The notes under the pieces: generated by a model
What the model was told of the DNA's origin: nothing
Database searches by the model: none
Seen by the model: the letters and a program-made list of their open reading frames with translations, nothing else
Program-made: the position numbers and the translations under genes
Part shown: piece after piece, positions 1 through 7,894 of the stretch
Layout of the letters: each line of letters opens with the position of its first letter
Numbering within the stretch: the first letter of the stretch is position 1
From: a virus
IMG/VR virus record: IMGVR_UViG_3300035494_000106
Location: 1 to 58,704 of that record
DNA: 58,704 nucleotides
Strand: one strand, 5' to 3'

Positions 1-127
1 TTTGTATACCGAGTAATTTTGGGTCCGCGATATACGGGACGGGGGTAATACGCTACCCGCGCGCCCTGGTTCCCCCAGCCCCTCCGTCCCCTCGCCCAAA
101 AAGAATTATTTTTCTTCGCCCGTTCCC
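1..127. repeat. Terminal exact repeat, copy 1 (identical to 58578-58704)
   Basis: Hand comparison: tttgtataccgag...cttcgcccgttccc is present at both window ends, 127/127 identical. The length matches a common de Bruijn k-mer, so this is most likely a circular-closure overlap. Confidence 0.95.
64..97 (-). other. Run of C-tracts (G-tracts on the minus strand) in the divergent control region; potential G-quadruplex/i-motif
   Basis: ccc(64-66) ccccc(72-76) cccc(79-82) cccc(88-91) ccc(95-97) with loops of 7 nt or less. The complement reads GGGcgaGGGGacggaGGGGctGGGGG. Confidence 0.4.
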
Positions 128-139
128 TAGATTAGGGAA
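123..139. promoter_or_regulatory. Palindromic box 1, TTCCCTAGATTAGGGAA
   Basis: Perfect 7-bp arms around a 3-nt centre; 79 nt upstream of ATG 218. Confidence 0.7.
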
Positions 140-217
140 GCGCCCTGCAGCGCTTTGCCGGCTTGTGCATAATGGCATCGCCACTTCGGCAAACCGAAAC
201 TTTTTAGGAGAAACACC

Positions 218-784
218 ATGTCCCGTAAGAACTCCAACGCTCGCACTGTCGCCGCTTTCAACATCGCCGCATGGGCCACGCGCCTCGACAGCGCTGCGCT
301 CAACTTCGTGTCCGCTGGCAAAGCTATGCTCGACCTGATGCTCGAGGCGCGCGGCAAGGTCGAGCACGAAACCGCCAAGGAGAAGCTGCAGCACGCATTC
401 GGCCAGGCATACGCGGCCACCTACGGCGTGACCTTCGAAGAAGCCGTAAAAGCGAAGTCTGTACAGAACCGCGTGTCCGACGGTCTGGCCGTACTCAAAG
501 CCGCCAATCTGCCCGACTCGCTGCCGGGCAACATTCAGCAAGCGGCTGCCGCTTGCCGCAAGGCGAACCCGTCTGGCCGCAAGTCGAGCCCACGGCAGCC
601 AGTGGCGAAGGTCGCGGCCGCCGACGTTAACCCGCTCGCGCTGCTCGAGACCGCACTTGAAGCGCTGCGCAAACAAGCGGCCGACAACCAGCCAGCGCTG
701 GAACTGATTGGCGAGCTGGTCGACCTCGCCGGCGATCTGGCCACGGCGCTGGCTGGCGAGACCGAGGATCAAGCCGCTGCTTGA
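218..784 (+). CDS. Hypothetical early protein (188 aa), acidic C-terminus
   Basis: First gene of the + arm. Leader is tttttAGGAGaaacaccATG, and box 2 plus a hairpin follow the gene. Confidence 0.8.
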   Translation: MSRKNSNARTVAAFNIAAWATRLDSAALNFVSAGKAMLDLMLEARGKVEHETAKEKLQHAFGQAYAATYGVTFEEAVKAKSVQNRVSDGLAVLKAANLPDSLPGNIQQAAAACRKANPSGRKSSPRQPVAKVAAADVNPLALLETALEALRKQAADNQPALELIGELVDLAGDLATALAGETEDQAAA

Positions 785-801
785 TTCCCTAGTCTAGGGA
801 A
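785..801. promoter_or_regulatory. Palindromic box 2, TTCCCTAGTCTAGGGAA
   Basis: Starts 1 nt after stop codon 782-784 and is immediately followed by hairpin 803-826. Confidence 0.7.
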
Positions 802-802
802 T

Positions 803-826
803 AGCTAAGCCCCTCGGGGCTTAGCT
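803..826 (+). terminator. Hairpin terminator candidate after gene 218-784
   Basis: agctaagccc-ctcg-gggcttagct, a 10-bp perfect stem followed by actttgtat (weak U-tract). Confidence 0.5.
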
Positions 827-827
827 A

Positions 828-927
828 CTTTGTATGGATAGTACAGATAGCAGCGATGTTATCTTTCCACGCTAAATTAAGGTCTAGCGGAGCTTAATTT
901 AGCTAGATTTATACTATCTATACAAAG
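828..927. repeat. Nested inverted repeats (about 100-nt cruciform/structured-RNA candidate)
   Basis: Outer arms ctttgtatggatagta (828-843) and tactatctatacaaag (912-927), 15/16 complementary. Inner arms gctaaattaag (871-881) and cttaatttagc (893-903), perfect. Confidence 0.7.
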
Positions 928-969
928 TGGCTAAGGTTCGGCGGTAAATCCGCCTAATGTATCCAAGGA

Positions 970-1270
970 TAGTAAAAAGTCGGCGCGGAATAGTAAAAAT
1001 TCCAGAAGGCTTTACTACTCTGCAGGCCGCGTGGTTGCTGGTCTGTAGTAAGAATAGTAAGAATAGTAAAGGAAAAATTGAATACCCCTTAGGGATTTTT
1101 CAGCTAACTGGTTAAGTTAGCGCTGGCGCTCCGTCCCTTAGCGCTAAAATTAGCTTAGCCGCTTCCTAAACCGCCACCGCGTATAGGAGCGTCGAAAAAA
1201 CCCTTTACTATTCTTACTATTTGACTAGAGCCCAGTATCCATGCGGGTTCCAGCGATGCCGACTTTACTA
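970..1270. repeat. Iteron array, nine copies of TAGTAA(A/G)(A/G) in both orientations
   Basis: Plus-strand copies at 970, 991, 1046, 1055 and 1064 (the last three in direct tandem). Minus-strand copies at 1010-1018, 1203-1210, 1211-1219 and 1263-1270. The region is AT-rich and free of ORFs. Confidence 0.75.
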
Positions 1271-1369
1271 TTCCGTTAGCTACTGGGCGCCGTTTCTTTG
1301 CTATTTCGGCCCGAATCACGTGACAACGAGTTTTTTAAAGTTTCTCGGCCGCTTAGGCTTGGAGTTAGC

Positions 1370-1397
1370 TTGCCCGGAGTGCCCATTGTGAGATAAT
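1370..1397 (+). promoter_or_regulatory. sigma70-like promoter candidate (TTGCCC-N16-GATAAT) for the 1502 operon
   Basis: -35 at 1370-1375 and -10 at 1392-1397. The -10 is embedded in hairpin 1379-1403. Confidence 0.3.
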
Positions 1398-1403
1398 GGG
1401 CAC
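1379..1403. promoter_or_regulatory. 9-bp perfect hairpin/operator candidate, gtgcccatt-gtgagat-aatgggcac
   Basis: Seen directly; overlaps the candidate -10. Confidence 0.5.
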
Positions 1404-1453
1404 CTAATCTGTACAAACTGCACCAACGCTAGCATCCCTACCATCCGTGCCAT

Positions 1454-1470
1454 TTCCCTAATCTAGGGAA
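1454..1470. promoter_or_regulatory. Palindromic box 3, TTCCCTAATCTAGGGAA
   Basis: 32 nt upstream of ATG 1502. Confidence 0.7.
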
Positions 1471-1501
1471 TATGCCCGACCAACGCTGAATGGAGCTGAT
1501 C

Positions 1502-1654
1502 ATGACCTATTCGACCTTTGCCGTAGACGTCCTATGCCGCGGCGCGGTGTTCGCCTGCAATGTGGCTGACCAATGCGGCGTGCCTGGCGCCACGATAGCC
1601 AAGTGGCTTTCCCGCCTTAACCTCCGGGCCCGCGCGCAAGAGGTGGCAGCATGA
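1502..1654 (+). CDS. Small HTH-like protein (50 aa; below the ORF-track cut-off)
   Basis: Hand translation MTYSTFAVDVLCRGAVFACNVADQCGVPGATIAKWLSRLNLRARAQEVAA. GGAG lies upstream and the stop overlaps the next start (ATGA at 1651). Confidence 0.5.
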   Translation: MTYSTFAVDVLCRGAVFACNVADQCGVPGATIAKWLSRLNLRARAQEVAA

Positions 1655-1887
1655 TCAAGCTAGCCGCAGTGTGGTCGGCCGCAGTCGTGGCCACGGCGCT
1701 GGCCGCAGTCGCGCTGGCCGTTCGGATCGACGCCATCATGCGACTGGTAAAGGAAGCCGCACGCAAGGGCCCGATCAGCCGCCGGCGGATTGTCCGGCGA
1801 ATCCTGCTAGAACTGGTCGCGCTGGTCGCGCTGTCCGCTGCGCTGGGCGTGTTCGGCGCGTGGGTCTGGCTCGGCTGGACGGCATAA
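1651..1887 (+). CDS. Small membrane protein, two hydrophobic helices
   Basis: AAVWSAAVVATALAAVALAV and LELVALVALSAALGVFGAWVWLGW flank a basic loop. Confidence 0.7.
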   Translation: MIKLAAVWSAAVVATALAAVALAVRIDAIMRLVKEAARKGPISRRRIVRRILLELVALVALSAALGVFGAWVWLGWTA

Positions 1888-1904
1888 CCAAGAGTCGAAA
1901 CCCG

Positions 1905-1921
1905 TTCCCTAATCTAGGGAA
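1905..1921. promoter_or_regulatory. Palindromic box 4, TTCCCTAATCTAGGGAA, with extended arms (cccg...acggg)
   Basis: Intergenic between 1887 and 1987. The flanks lengthen the stem to about 11 bp. Confidence 0.7.
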
Positions 1922-1986
1922 ACGGGTCTGCCGGGCATAGCCTCCCGGCACTGACGAGACAGGCTAACCACAACTGATTGGAGGGC

Positions 1987-2616
1987 ATGATCATGCCTGA
2001 GACACGGGAAATAACCATATACCAGTTCGACGAGCTGAGCGACAAAGCCAAGGAGAAAGCCCGCGAGTGGTACCGCAACGGCCAGCTCGACTACGACTGG
2101 TGGGAGGCCGTCTACGACGACGCCGACAAGATCGCCTCGATCATCGGCATCGACATTGACCGCAAAGACAAGAACACGCCGGCGATCTACTTCAGCGGGT
2201 TCTCGAGTCAGGGCGACGGCGCCTGCTTCGAAGGCTCGTACCGTTACAAGAAGGGCTGGCGTAAAGAGCTGGCCGAGTACGCTCCGCGGATCGGGACCAA
2301 CGCCGACATCTGGCAAATCGCCGAAGCGCTACAAGCCATCCAGGCGCGCCAGTTCTACAAGCTGGAGGCAACCTGCTGGCAGCACGGCCACTACCGGCAC
2401 AGCGGCGGCATGAGCGTCGACGTGGAGCACGCTGACGACCGCTACCGCGACATTGGCGACGCCGAGGACGAGATTCGAGACCAGCTCCGACTATTCGCCG
2501 ACTGGATCTACGGCCGCCTCGAGCAGGAGCACGACTGGCTGACAAGCGACGAGCAGGTCGACGAGGCGATCCGCGCCAACGAATACGAATTTCTCGAAAA
2601 CGGGAGCCTAGCATGA
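1987..2616 (+). CDS. Conserved phage/plasmid-type protein of unknown function
   Basis: GGAGGG RBS; start at ATG 1987 or 1993. Motifs YQFDELSDKAKEKAREWY and FSGFSSQGDGACFEG. The family name is not verifiable here. Confidence 0.7.
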   Translation: MIMPETREITIYQFDELSDKAKEKAREWYRNGQLDYDWWEAVYDDADKIASIIGIDIDRKDKNTPAIYFSGFSSQGDGACFEGSYRYKKGWRKELAEYAPRIGTNADIWQIAEALQAIQARQFYKLEATCWQHGHYRHSGGMSVDVEHADDRYRDIGDAEDEIRDQLRLFADWIYGRLEQEHDWLTSDEQVDEAIRANEYEFLENGSLA

Positions 2617-3002
2617 TCGAAATGAAGACGAGCGAGCTGATTGGGCCGGCGCTGGATTGGGCGGTGGCTATGTCTGAAGGCGCCACCAACCTGTACTTCG
2701 ATACGGTGGCGTGCTGGTGGTTCACCCTCAATGGGGCGGACCGGGTACTGAGTAGCGGCTGGTCAGAGAAGCAGAACTACTGCCCATCGACCGACTGGCG
2801 CTACGGCGGGCCGCTGCTCAAACCGAACCGGATCAGCCTGACGCAAAAGCACTCCGGCTGGGTAATCGCGTGCATCTACGACTCCAATGATGAGCCTACC
2901 CATATGCAACTGGCAGAAGACCCTCTGATCGCCGCCATGCGCTGCCTTTGTGCATCCAAGCTGGGCGACACGGTGCAGGTGCCACAGGAGCTGCTGCCAT
3001 GA
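2613..3002 (+). CDS. DUF2591 (NinX-like) family protein, paralogue A
   Basis: N-terminal ELIGPALDWAVAMSEG is typical of DUF2591 as I recall it. ATGA coupling on both sides. Confidence 0.75.
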   Translation: MIEMKTSELIGPALDWAVAMSEGATNLYFDTVACWWFTLNGADRVLSSGWSEKQNYCPSTDWRYGGPLLKPNRISLTQKHSGWVIACIYDSNDEPTHMQLAEDPLIAAMRCLCASKLGDTVQVPQELLP

Positions 3003-3346
3003 CCACCAAACCAACACACACCACCGTGCGCCGGCGGCACTCCGTCGGCGCCCGCAGAGCTCTGGACAAGGCCAAGCGCGAGCAGCTGGAACGCGAACTG
3101 GCCGACGCACTGGCATCACTGGACACACCAGCCGGCAAGGTCGGACTCCCTAAAGTAGGGAAGCCCCGGATCGTCGTCACGCTGACCGTTCGGCTACTCA
3201 ACGAAGGCGGGCTGCCTCGGCGGTTCGAGTGGACTGCGCCTCCCGGCACGTGGCCGGCTGAGGCCGTCCATCTGGCGAAGTTGGCAGCCCGTAAGGCCGG
3301 GTTCGTCGTCCACGCCCACATCGACACCGAGGAGCGAGTCCTATGA
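2999..3346 (+). CDS. Hypothetical protein (115 aa)
   Basis: ATG 2999 overlaps the stop at 3000-3002. Contains palindromic box 5. Confidence 0.65.
   Translation: MTTKPTHTTVRRRHSVGARRALDKAKREQLERELADALASLDTPAGKVGLPKVGKPRIVVTLTVRLLNEGGLPRRFEWTAPPGTWPAEAVHLAKLAARKAGFVVHAHIDTEERVL
3146..3162. promoter_or_regulatory. Palindromic box 5, CTCCCTAAAGTAGGGAA (inside ORF 2999-3346)
   Basis: The only copy that is fully intragenic; it encodes LPKVGK. Confidence 0.5.
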
Positions 3347-3744
3347 CCAGCATCGAAGTGAAAACCGCCGACCTGATCGGGCCGGCGCTGGACTGGGCGG
3401 TGGCCATGGCCGAGGGTGCGAAGCCTGAGAGGCCACATGACGGTCAAGTAAGTTTCGGCAGCGTCCATCTGCTATGCGGCAGTGATCAGGAGCGTGGATT
3501 TCACGCCCCGTTCTACTCGCCGTCCACCGACTGGAGCCAGGGCGGGCCGCTGATTGCGCGAGAGCGCATCGGACTGTGGCCCACTTCCAATGGCTATTTT
3601 GCTGAGAAGCGACACTTCGGTCGCCATCACAAGGCAGGGCGCAGTTACGGCGAAGGCCCCACATCCTTGATCGCCGCCATGCGCTGCCTCGTCGCCGCCA
3701 AGCTGGGCGACACGGTGCAGGTGCCCGAGGAGCTGCTGCCATGA
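3343..3744 (+). CDS. DUF2591 (NinX-like) family protein, paralogue B
   Basis: DLIGPALDWAVAMAEG plus a C-terminus nearly identical to paralogue A (AAMRCL..KLGDTVQVP.ELLP). Confidence 0.75.
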   Translation: MTSIEVKTADLIGPALDWAVAMAEGAKPERPHDGQVSFGSVHLLCGSDQERGFHAPFYSPSTDWSQGGPLIARERIGLWPTSNGYFAEKRHFGRHHKAGRSYGEGPTSLIAAMRCLVAAKLGDTVQVPEELLP

Positions 3745-3947
3745 TCGCCGCCCTGCTGATGTACGTCTGCGCCAGCACCGTGCTGGACAGTTGCGAGGTG
3801 TTCGTCGACCGCACGTGGGAAGGCCCGGCAGCTGCCGCAGAGTGTGAGGACTACCTGCGTCGGACCCGGAACAAGGTGCCGCTGCTCTACCGCCAGCGCG
3901 GCGAGCACGTGCTTTACGTCTGTGACGTGCAATCGGTTGGAGAATAG
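3741..3947 (+). CDS. Hypothetical protein (68 aa)
   Basis: ATGA coupling at 3741; a hairpin follows the gene. Confidence 0.6.
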   Translation: MIAALLMYVCASTVLDSCEVFVDRTWEGPAAAAECEDYLRRTRNKVPLLYRQRGEHVLYVCDVQSVGE

Positions 3948-3960
3948 TTGCCTCGAACCG

Positions 3961-3983
3961 CAGGGCCAGGCATACTGGCCCTG
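3961..3983 (+). terminator. Hairpin terminator candidate after gene 3741-3947
   Basis: cagggccag-gcata-ctggccctg, a 9-bp perfect stem 14 nt after the stop. The downstream U-tract is poor. Confidence 0.4.
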
Positions 3984-4037
3984 TAAGTTCAGTTTACAGA
4001 GGGCTTACCGGCAAGCACGGGCTTGCCAGTGCGCCTT

Positions 4038-4054
4038 CTCCCTACTTTAGGGAA
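4038..4054. promoter_or_regulatory. Palindromic box 6, CTCCCTACTTTAGGGAA
   Basis: 33 nt upstream of ATG 4087. The centre is the complement of boxes 5/7/9. Confidence 0.7.
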
Positions 4055-4086
4055 CGCACAGCCTCAACTTTTCAGGAGACACCATC

Positions 4087-4569
4087 ATGCGCAAAATCAC
4101 CGAAGCCGCCATTCAGGCGTTCCTCGCCGGCGAGGAGTTCAGCCGCGACAACACTCGTGTCGAGGTCCGTCCGTTCAAGGGCGAACTCGGGGACCAAGTC
4201 ATTCTGGTTCTGCACGGGAACCCGATCGCTGCCTACCTCGAGGACGTTGGACCGACCAGCCTGCGGGTGTGCGACGGCAACCACCAGACCCGCACCACGA
4301 AGGAGCGCCTCAACGGCCTGCCCGGCGTACAGGTACACCAGAAAGCCGGCCAGTGGTACCTCAACGGCACGGCGTGGGACGGCAGCTGGACCCACGTCGG
4401 CGGGGTGATGATCATCAAGCGTGTTGGCGACCGCCGCTACCGCGTCGAGTACCCGCGCAGCGCCGCTCGGGAGCCGATGGTGTTCCCCAGCCGCAAGGCC
4501 GCCCGCGTGTTCGCCGAGGTGGAAGCCGCAAACCACGGGTACGACCTGATCGCCGAGGCCGAAGCATGA
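4087..4569 (+). CDS. Hypothetical protein (160 aa); the C-terminus carries an FPSxxAAxxFAEVE motif
   Basis: Consensus leader caacttttcAGGAGacaccatcATG. Distant member of the small-paralogue family. Confidence 0.8.
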   Translation: MRKITEAAIQAFLAGEEFSRDNTRVEVRPFKGELGDQVILVLHGNPIAAYLEDVGPTSLRVCDGNHQTRTTKERLNGLPGVQVHQKAGQWYLNGTAWDGSWTHVGGVMIIKRVGDRRYRVEYPRSAAREPMVFPSRKAARVFAEVEAANHGYDLIAEAEA

Positions 4570-4820
4570 ACGCCAAGCTGGAACACCTGCAGAAGCGCGA
4601 GATAGCGCGGGCGATCGCGCAGGTAGAAAAAGCCACGGGTCGGGGCGCTATTGCGGAAGCCGTGCAGTACGCAGGCCAGCTGATACACCAGGAAAACAAA
4701 CGCTCGGACCGCACGCTGGGCGCGGCCATGCAGAAAGCCTTGGCCGAGCGCGAAGACCTGCTGGAGCTGATGCGCCAGCTGAACGACGCGACGCGCAAGA
4801 AGATTGACTCCCTAAAGTAG
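4566..4820 (+). CDS. Hypothetical coiled-coil protein (84 aa)
   Basis: ATGA coupling at 4566; the stop lies inside box 7. Confidence 0.7.
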   Translation: MNAKLEHLQKREIARAIAQVEKATGRGAIAEAVQYAGQLIHQENKRSDRTLGAAMQKALAEREDLLELMRQLNDATRKKIDSLK

Positions 4821-4824
4821 GGAA
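4808..4824. promoter_or_regulatory. Palindromic box 7, CTCCCTAAAGTAGGGAA
   Basis: Contains the TAG stop (4818-4820) of ORF 4566-4820; 12 nt upstream of ATG 4836. Confidence 0.6.
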
Positions 4825-4835
4825 TGGAGCCGACA

Positions 4836-5387
4836 ATGACCGAACAAGCCGAACAGAACGCCCCGGGAATCAGCAGCGAGGAGCTGGCACGCCTGACCGC
4901 CGAGTTCCTCAACCGTGGGTGCCAGATCGCCGTCTGTGCGCAGGGAGAGACCGCCCTGCCCTACGGCGTCGCCGCCGCACGCAAAACCGAGACCGCCGCG
5001 CGCAACGCCCGCACAGAGGGGCTGCGCCGCAAGGCCGAGAAGGCCGACGCGCTGGACGTGGAAGCGATCCGCAAGGCGCTGGACGCCGACGACAAGTCGC
5101 TGATGCCGAGGATATCCAACGAACGCCTCAAGCGGTTGGTACACGCCTATTTCAAGGACGACGCCCGGGCGCAGGCGCTACTGCCGGTGAACCGTACGGT
5201 CGCAGCCGAGCGCCGAGCGCAGGAAGCGATCAAGCGAATCGTGGCGCTGCGCGACAGCGGCATGGTGGGGATCAAGAGCATCGCCGCCGCGCTCGACCTA
5301 CAGTACGACTACGTGGCCAAGCTGAACACCCAGCACCAGCTGGGAATCATGAAGGCTTCGCCCGGATTCAGGAGCAAGAAGGCATGA
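4836..5387 (+). CDS. Hypothetical protein (183 aa)
   Basis: GGAG at 4826-4829, 6 nt before ATG 4836. The ORF track offers an alternative ATG at 4824. Confidence 0.75.
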   Translation: MTEQAEQNAPGISSEELARLTAEFLNRGCQIAVCAQGETALPYGVAAARKTETAARNARTEGLRRKAEKADALDVEAIRKALDADDKSLMPRISNERLKRLVHAYFKDDARAQALLPVNRTVAAERRAQEAIKRIVALRDSGMVGIKSIAAALDLQYDYVAKLNTQHQLGIMKASPGFRSKKA

Positions 5388-5647
5388 TCACTCGAACCTC
5401 ATTCAACAAGCGATTGCTGGATAACATCGGCGAAGCCATGCGCGTGGCTGCCTACAACTCGCGGATGTGGTCGGCTGCTGCCGGCTGCGCCTCGAAGGGC
5501 ACGGCCTACGTGCCGAACGCCAGGGGCCGCCTGATGATGCGCGTGGACCACGCCCGGGGAGAGCCGCAGGCGTTCCAGTTTTACGACAAGCACCAGCGCA
5601 ACATCACCAGCATGGTGCTCGAAGCGCTGCGCCGGGGGCGACCATGA
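5384..5647 (+). CDS. Hypothetical protein (87 aa)
   Basis: ATGA coupling at 5384. This is the coding-like part of ORF 4919-5647. Confidence 0.65.
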   Translation: MITRTSFNKRLLDNIGEAMRVAAYNSRMWSAAAGCASKGTAYVPNARGRLMMRVDHARGEPQAFQFYDKHQRNITSMVLEALRRGRP

Positions 5648-5979
5648 CCCCGCTCCAGCGCTGGGCGGTATCGAACGCGTTCGCCCGCGCGCTGGTGATC
5701 ACGTGGAGTTGCGCGCCGTTCGGACCGATCAAGTTCGTCAAGTGGTTCATCCGCTGGAAGTCGTTGGGACGGGTGGCCGTCGACCTGAACTTGGCGTGCG
5801 ACAAGCCATCCGACGCTGGCTACCTGTTCGCCCCGCGCATGGTCGAAGTGTACGGGTACGAGCGAGCTCGGCGGGTGGCTCTCGCCACGGTGAGGATCGA
5901 AGGCAACATAGCGGCTGGGCACCCGTTCGACTTGGGCGTGCTGATGTGGTTCGTCCACCACGCCCGGGCGGTGATGTGA
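5644..5979 (+). CDS. Hypothetical protein (111 aa)
   Basis: ATGA coupling at 5644. Confidence 0.65.
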   Translation: MTPLQRWAVSNAFARALVITWSCAPFGPIKFVKWFIRWKSLGRVAVDLNLACDKPSDAGYLFAPRMVEVYGYERARRVALATVRIEGNIAAGHPFDLGVLMWFVHHARAVM

Positions 5980-6296
5980 TGGCCTACGCAACGGCCGACA
6001 TGGCCGCCCGGCTGTTCGAGCTCGGGTTCTCCAGTATGCGGATCGGCCTGGACCGCGAGGAGGGGTTCTGCAGGCTACGCAACGGCCGGACGGAGACGAT
6101 CATCTACACCTGGGACAAGCGCGACCGGACCTCGCTCGAGGTGCCGCCTGCCGAGGAGGTGTTCTGGGTCGCCAGTTCGGCCGGCGTGTCGAAGGCCGGC
6201 GGGCTCGAGGTGGTCGTGCCGGCCAGTGAGCGGTGCCCGGACCCGGTGACCTGTTTTGTAAGTGCGGAGGTGCGAGGATGGAAACGCCAGACCTGA
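5979..6296 (+). CDS. Hypothetical protein (105 aa)
   Basis: TGATG coupling at 5977-5981. Confidence 0.6.
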   Translation: MAYATADMAARLFELGFSSMRIGLDREEGFCRLRNGRTETIIYTWDKRDRTSLEVPPAEEVFWVASSAGVSKAGGLEVVVPASERCPDPVTCFVSAEVRGWKRQT

Positions 6297-6574
6297 TGCC
6301 GCCCGGCTGGGAGCGTGGGGACCGTGGGCTGACCACCTGCGCGCACGACTTGGTGTGGACCCGGCGCGACAGCAGCCTGAGCAAGATGGTGCAGCGGGTG
6401 CAGTTCGACTTGCACCAGGGTGGGTACGTGTTCGGCGTGGTCGGCGTAGACGCGACTTATAGTCGACCTCGGCCGAACGTTGCGCCCGCCACCTACAGGT
6501 TCAACCCAATGTCACCAGTGTTCCCTTCGCCGCAAGCAGCAGCTGTGTGGGCCACGATCGAGGGGCTGACATGA
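6278..6574 (+). CDS. Small paralogue-family protein (98 aa)
   Basis: N-terminal PPGWERGD; C-terminal VFPSPQAAAVWATIEG. Confidence 0.65.
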   Translation: METPDLMPPGWERGDRGLTTCAHDLVWTRRDSSLSKMVQRVQFDLHQGGYVFGVVGVDATYSRPRPNVAPATYRFNPMSPVFPSPQAAAVWATIEGLT

Positions 6575-6630
6575 GCAGGGGACAGCAGCCCACGACACCG
6601 TTCGGCGGCTGACAACCAGTTGGAGATTGC

Positions 6631-6657
6631 TTGCTACCGCCGTGGGTAGTGTAAACT
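6631..6657 (+). promoter_or_regulatory. Promoter candidate with a TGTAAACT box (-10-like TAAACT at 6652-6657)
   Basis: TTGCTA (6631-6636) lies 15 nt upstream, or CTTGCT at 16 nt. Intergenic, upstream of the MoxR gene. Confidence 0.35.
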
Positions 6658-6689
6658 AGGCTTACATTTTCAGTAACACCAACCGCAAC

Positions 6690-6706
6690 TTCCCTACTCT
6701 AGGGAA
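6690..6706. promoter_or_regulatory. Palindromic box 8, TTCCCTACTCTAGGGAA
   Basis: 28 nt upstream of ATG 6734 and downstream of the TGTAAACT box at 6650-6657. Confidence 0.7.
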
Positions 6707-6733
6707 TCAACCAACGATGTTCAGGAGAACACC

Positions 6734-7894
6734 ATGAAAGTCAACGACCTGACCGCTATCACCGTCGCCCTCTACAACGCGAACCGCACCGGCATGTACT
6801 GGGGTTCGCCAGGCATCGGCAAGTCGGACAGCTTCCGCGCCGCCGCTGAGCAGATCAAGAACTCGCTGGGCCTGACTGGTCCGGTGCTCGAGCGTCACCA
6901 GATCAAGCCGTTCCTCGCACGTGGTGGCGATATCCGCACGACCTTCGGCCTGTTCGACCTGCGCCTGTCGCAGATGGACCCGGTGGAAGTGGGCGGCCTG
7001 CCGCGCGAGAACCGCACCAATGGCACGATGGAGAAGCTGCCGCCAAGCTGGTTCGCCCACACCCTGCGCGACGACCTGCCTGACTTCGGCATCCTGCTGC
7101 TGGAGGAGCTGCCGTCCGCACCAATGAGCGTGCAGACCGCGGCGTACCAGATCACCCTGGACAAGGTGATCGAGGACTACAAGTTGAAGGAAGGCTGGGC
7201 CACGTTCGCTGCGGGCAACCGCCTGACCGACGGCGGCCAGTACTTCAAGATGCCGAACGCATTGGCCAACCGCCTGTGCCACATCGACGTCGAGTCGGAC
7301 GTGGACAGCTGGCGCCAGTGGGCACTGGAACACAACATCGACCATAGCCTGATCGCGTTCATCAGCTTCCGCTCGGACCTGCTGAACACCACCGAGGACC
7401 ACGTGAAGAACAAGGGCAAGGGCTTTGCCTTCGCCACCGAGCGCCAGTGGGCTGCGGTCAACGACTTCCTGACCAACAACCCAGGCGCCGACGCGTCGGT
7501 GATGCACGCTGTGGTGAGCGGCCTGGTGGGCTCCGGCCCGGCCGCCGAGTACATCGGGTTCCGTGACGTGTGGAACAACATGCCGAGCATCGACGGCATC
7601 CTGATCGAGCCGGACACTGCGATCCTGCCTGAGGACGCGGCCACCCAGTTCGCCGTGATGACTGCGCTGGCGGCACGTGCGACCTATGACAACCTCGCCC
7701 AGTGCCTGCGCTACACCGACCGTCTGATGGCCAAGGGTCGCCCGGAGATGGCCGTGCTGTTCATCAAGGACATGCAGATTCGCCAGAACCTGGCATTCGA
7801 ACAGGCCAAGGCAGAGGGCCGGGCGTTCCAGCGCGCTGAGGCGTCGCCGGCGTACACGATGTGGGCCTCGCGCAACGTCCAGCTGTTTGGCTGA
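6734..7894 (+). CDS. MoxR-type AAA+ ATPase
   Basis: Walker A GSPGIGKS and Walker B ILLLEEL. Consensus leader ttcAGGAGaacaccATG. Paired with a downstream VWA protein. Confidence 0.9.
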   Translation: MKVNDLTAITVALYNANRTGMYWGSPGIGKSDSFRAAAEQIKNSLGLTGPVLERHQIKPFLARGGDIRTTFGLFDLRLSQMDPVEVGGLPRENRTNGTMEKLPPSWFAHTLRDDLPDFGILLLEELPSAPMSVQTAAYQITLDKVIEDYKLKEGWATFAAGNRLTDGGQYFKMPNALANRLCHIDVESDVDSWRQWALEHNIDHSLIAFISFRSDLLNTTEDHVKNKGKGFAFATERQWAAVNDFLTNNPGADASVMHAVVSGLVGSGPAAEYIGFRDVWNNMPSIDGILIEPDTAILPEDAATQFAVMTALAARATYDNLAQCLRYTDRLMAKGRPEMAVLFIKDMQIRQNLAFEQAKAEGRAFQRAEASPAYTMWASRNVQLFG

